Shown here piece after piece: positions 62,663-64,000 of a stretch of 64,000 bases of DNA (the first letter of the stretch is position 1; the number at the start of each line of letters is the position of its first letter). The stretch spans positions 576,001 through 640,000 of the forward strand of contig CAVSCK010000004.1 in NCBI GenBank assembly GCA_963726455.1, written 5' to 3'. The translations under genes were made by a program, and so were the position numbers. Under the pieces are notes generated by a model. The model saw only the letters and a program-made list of their open reading frames with translations, had not been told where the DNA came from and did no database searches. This DNA is from an uncultured bacterium. GTDB taxonomy: Bacteria; Zixibacteria; MSB-5A5; CAIYYT01.

Positions 62663-63408
62663 CAGAACCTCACCGTCCCTACGATGCGAACGCCGTCAAG
62701 ATCTGGATTTGGATAGACACCCAGATTGGTTCCGGACACATCAATGCCGTAGTCAGGAAAGAACAAGACCGCATCGAGGAGGTTGTAGAGCCAGATTCCG
62801 CCCAGTACCCCCAACGCGACGCTGCGATTCCGCTCGGCATCGTACGCGTCTTTCTGCACGGCGTAGAGCTTTGGAAGCATTGTTTGACGCTGCTCGACGG
62901 AACGAGTTTGACTGTAGAGCGCGTTGAAATCGTCATATTTGTTCCGGCGGTCACTATAACGAAGTTGCATTATCCCTACCACGGCACCTGCCACAGCCGC
63001 ACCGCCGGTCAGTACTGCTCCGCGCGTTCGACTGCCGGTATAACGTTGTCCCCAACCGGGAATGATCAACGATCTCATGGCGGCCCGAAGGCGGGTCTTG
63101 GGCGTCATCTTGATGTCAATCGACATAGCATCCCTGCCGGACAGGACAACACTCGAATGATAGGTCTCGTACCCTTCGTGATGCGCGGTGAGGGAATACA
63201 TTCCGCTAAGCTTCTGGGCGAAGGTCGTCGGCGTAACACCGGCCACTGTATAGTCGCCGGTCAAAATAACTGTAGCACCGGTCGGCCTGGAGGTGATACT
63301 CACTACCGGAGAGTTAGCCGACTGCGCCAATGCCACCACTGACAGACAAAAGAAAGCCGTCAGTAGCGACAGAATCCGTTCTGCTCTAAGCACATACAAG
63401 TTTTTCAT
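62662..63408 (-). CDS. PEGA-domain protein with DUF5683-like C-terminus
   Basis: ITSRPTGATV...G.TP; SLIIPGWGQ.Y; W.YN..DA; terminal Phe; start uncertain. Confidence 0.75.
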   Translation of the reverse strand: MKNLYVLRAERILSLLTAFFCLSVVALAQSANSPVVSITSRPTGATVILTGDYTVAGVTPTTFAQKLSGMYSLTAHHEGYETYHSSVVLSGRDAMSIDIKMTPKTRLRAAMRSLIIPGWGQRYTGSRTRGAVLTGGAAVAGAVVGIMQLRYSDRRNKYDDFNALYSQTRSVEQRQTMLPKLYAVQKDAYDAERNRSVALGVLGGIWLYNLLDAVLFFPDYGIDVSGTNLGVYPNPDLDGVRIVGTVRF

Positions 63409-63498
63409 ATCGGCGGGAATATATTCCTGCTCAAACGCCACTGCAAGTTTTTTGACAAAAAAAGTGGAATAACGCGACGGTTCCCGACGCGGCAAGCG

Positions 63499-64000
63499 CT
63501 ACATGCCGCGTGAACCCAGCATGACGACCACGGTACGTAACATAATCGTCACATCCTTGCGGATACCGCGCGATTCGATATAACGGATGTCATAATCCAC
63601 CTTGGATTTTACATCTTCTATCGAACCGTCGTACCCACGTTCTACCTGAGCTAATCCGGTAATTCCCGGAAGCACATCAAGGCGACGTGCATAAGTGTCA
63701 ATTTGCTGTGTCAGTTTCTGGACAAAGAAGGCACGTTCCGGACGCGGCCCAACGATGGCCATCTCGCCTCTCAGTACATTGATGAGCTGTGGAAGTTCAT
63801 CGAGGCGCGTCTTACGCAGGAATCTGCCGACGCGTGTGGTGCGCGGATCGTTCTTGGTCGCCCAAACCGGCCCGCATCTCTTTTCAGCGTCCGCCACCAT
63901 AGTACGGAATTTGAAAACCATGAACGGCTTGCCGAAAAGATTCTCTTTACGTCTGTCAATACTTTGCCTGCGACAGCGCAACAAACAGTCGTTGCAAGTG
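63499..64000 (-). CDS. Bacterial sugar transferase (priming glycosyltransferase), 5' partial
   Basis: KFRTM, DPR.TRVG.FLRKTRLDELPQL.NVLRGEM..VGPRPE, PGITGLAQV. Confidence 0.92.
   Translation of the reverse strand, partial: TCNDCLLRCRRQSIDRRKENLFGKPFMVFKFRTMVADAEKRCGPVWATKNDPRTTRVGRFLRKTRLDELPQLINVLRGEMAIVGPRPERAFFVQKLTQQIDTYARRLDVLPGITGLAQVERGYDGSIEDVKSKVDYDIRYIESRGIRKDVTIMLRTVVVMLGSRGM

Noticed and set aside
1-64000. tRNA, rRNA, transposase, integrase or prophage genes
   Set aside because: None recognised by eye; a covariance-model scan would be needed to exclude small RNAs, including selC.

Overview
Roughly 56% GC bacterial chromosome segment, most likely from the FCB group (probably candidate division Zixibacteria; inferred from a C-terminal dockerin-like GDAN-x-D domain, NYPNP(F)N/FlgD-type C-terminal tags and a Fibrobacter-type LexA box). 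It holds core operons (hsp20-dnaK; rplM-rpsI-rpsB-tsf-pyrH-frr-uppS-cdsA; rimP-nusA-infB-DUF503-rbfA-DHH-truB-ribF-rpsO-pnp-M16; asnS-leuS). Accessory loci include a HEAT/peptidase-propeller-Omp85/BamB-like operon, large secreted proteins, a minor-pilin operon and a PrsK/PrsR-like two-component locus. The strongest signal is an array of four secreted DUF1573-like CGC-motif proteins with an ECF sigma/zinc anti-sigma pair. One paralog has an in-frame TGA exactly at the first Cys (PG-U-GC), followed by hairpins that its near-identical Cys twin lacks. This is a candidate secreted selenoprotein with an ECF-linked Cys backup. Several single-base frameshifts in conserved genes (rpsI, asnS) point to residual assembly errors, so every interrupted ORF needs a read-level check. 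Family assignments come from motif recognition only; no searches were run.
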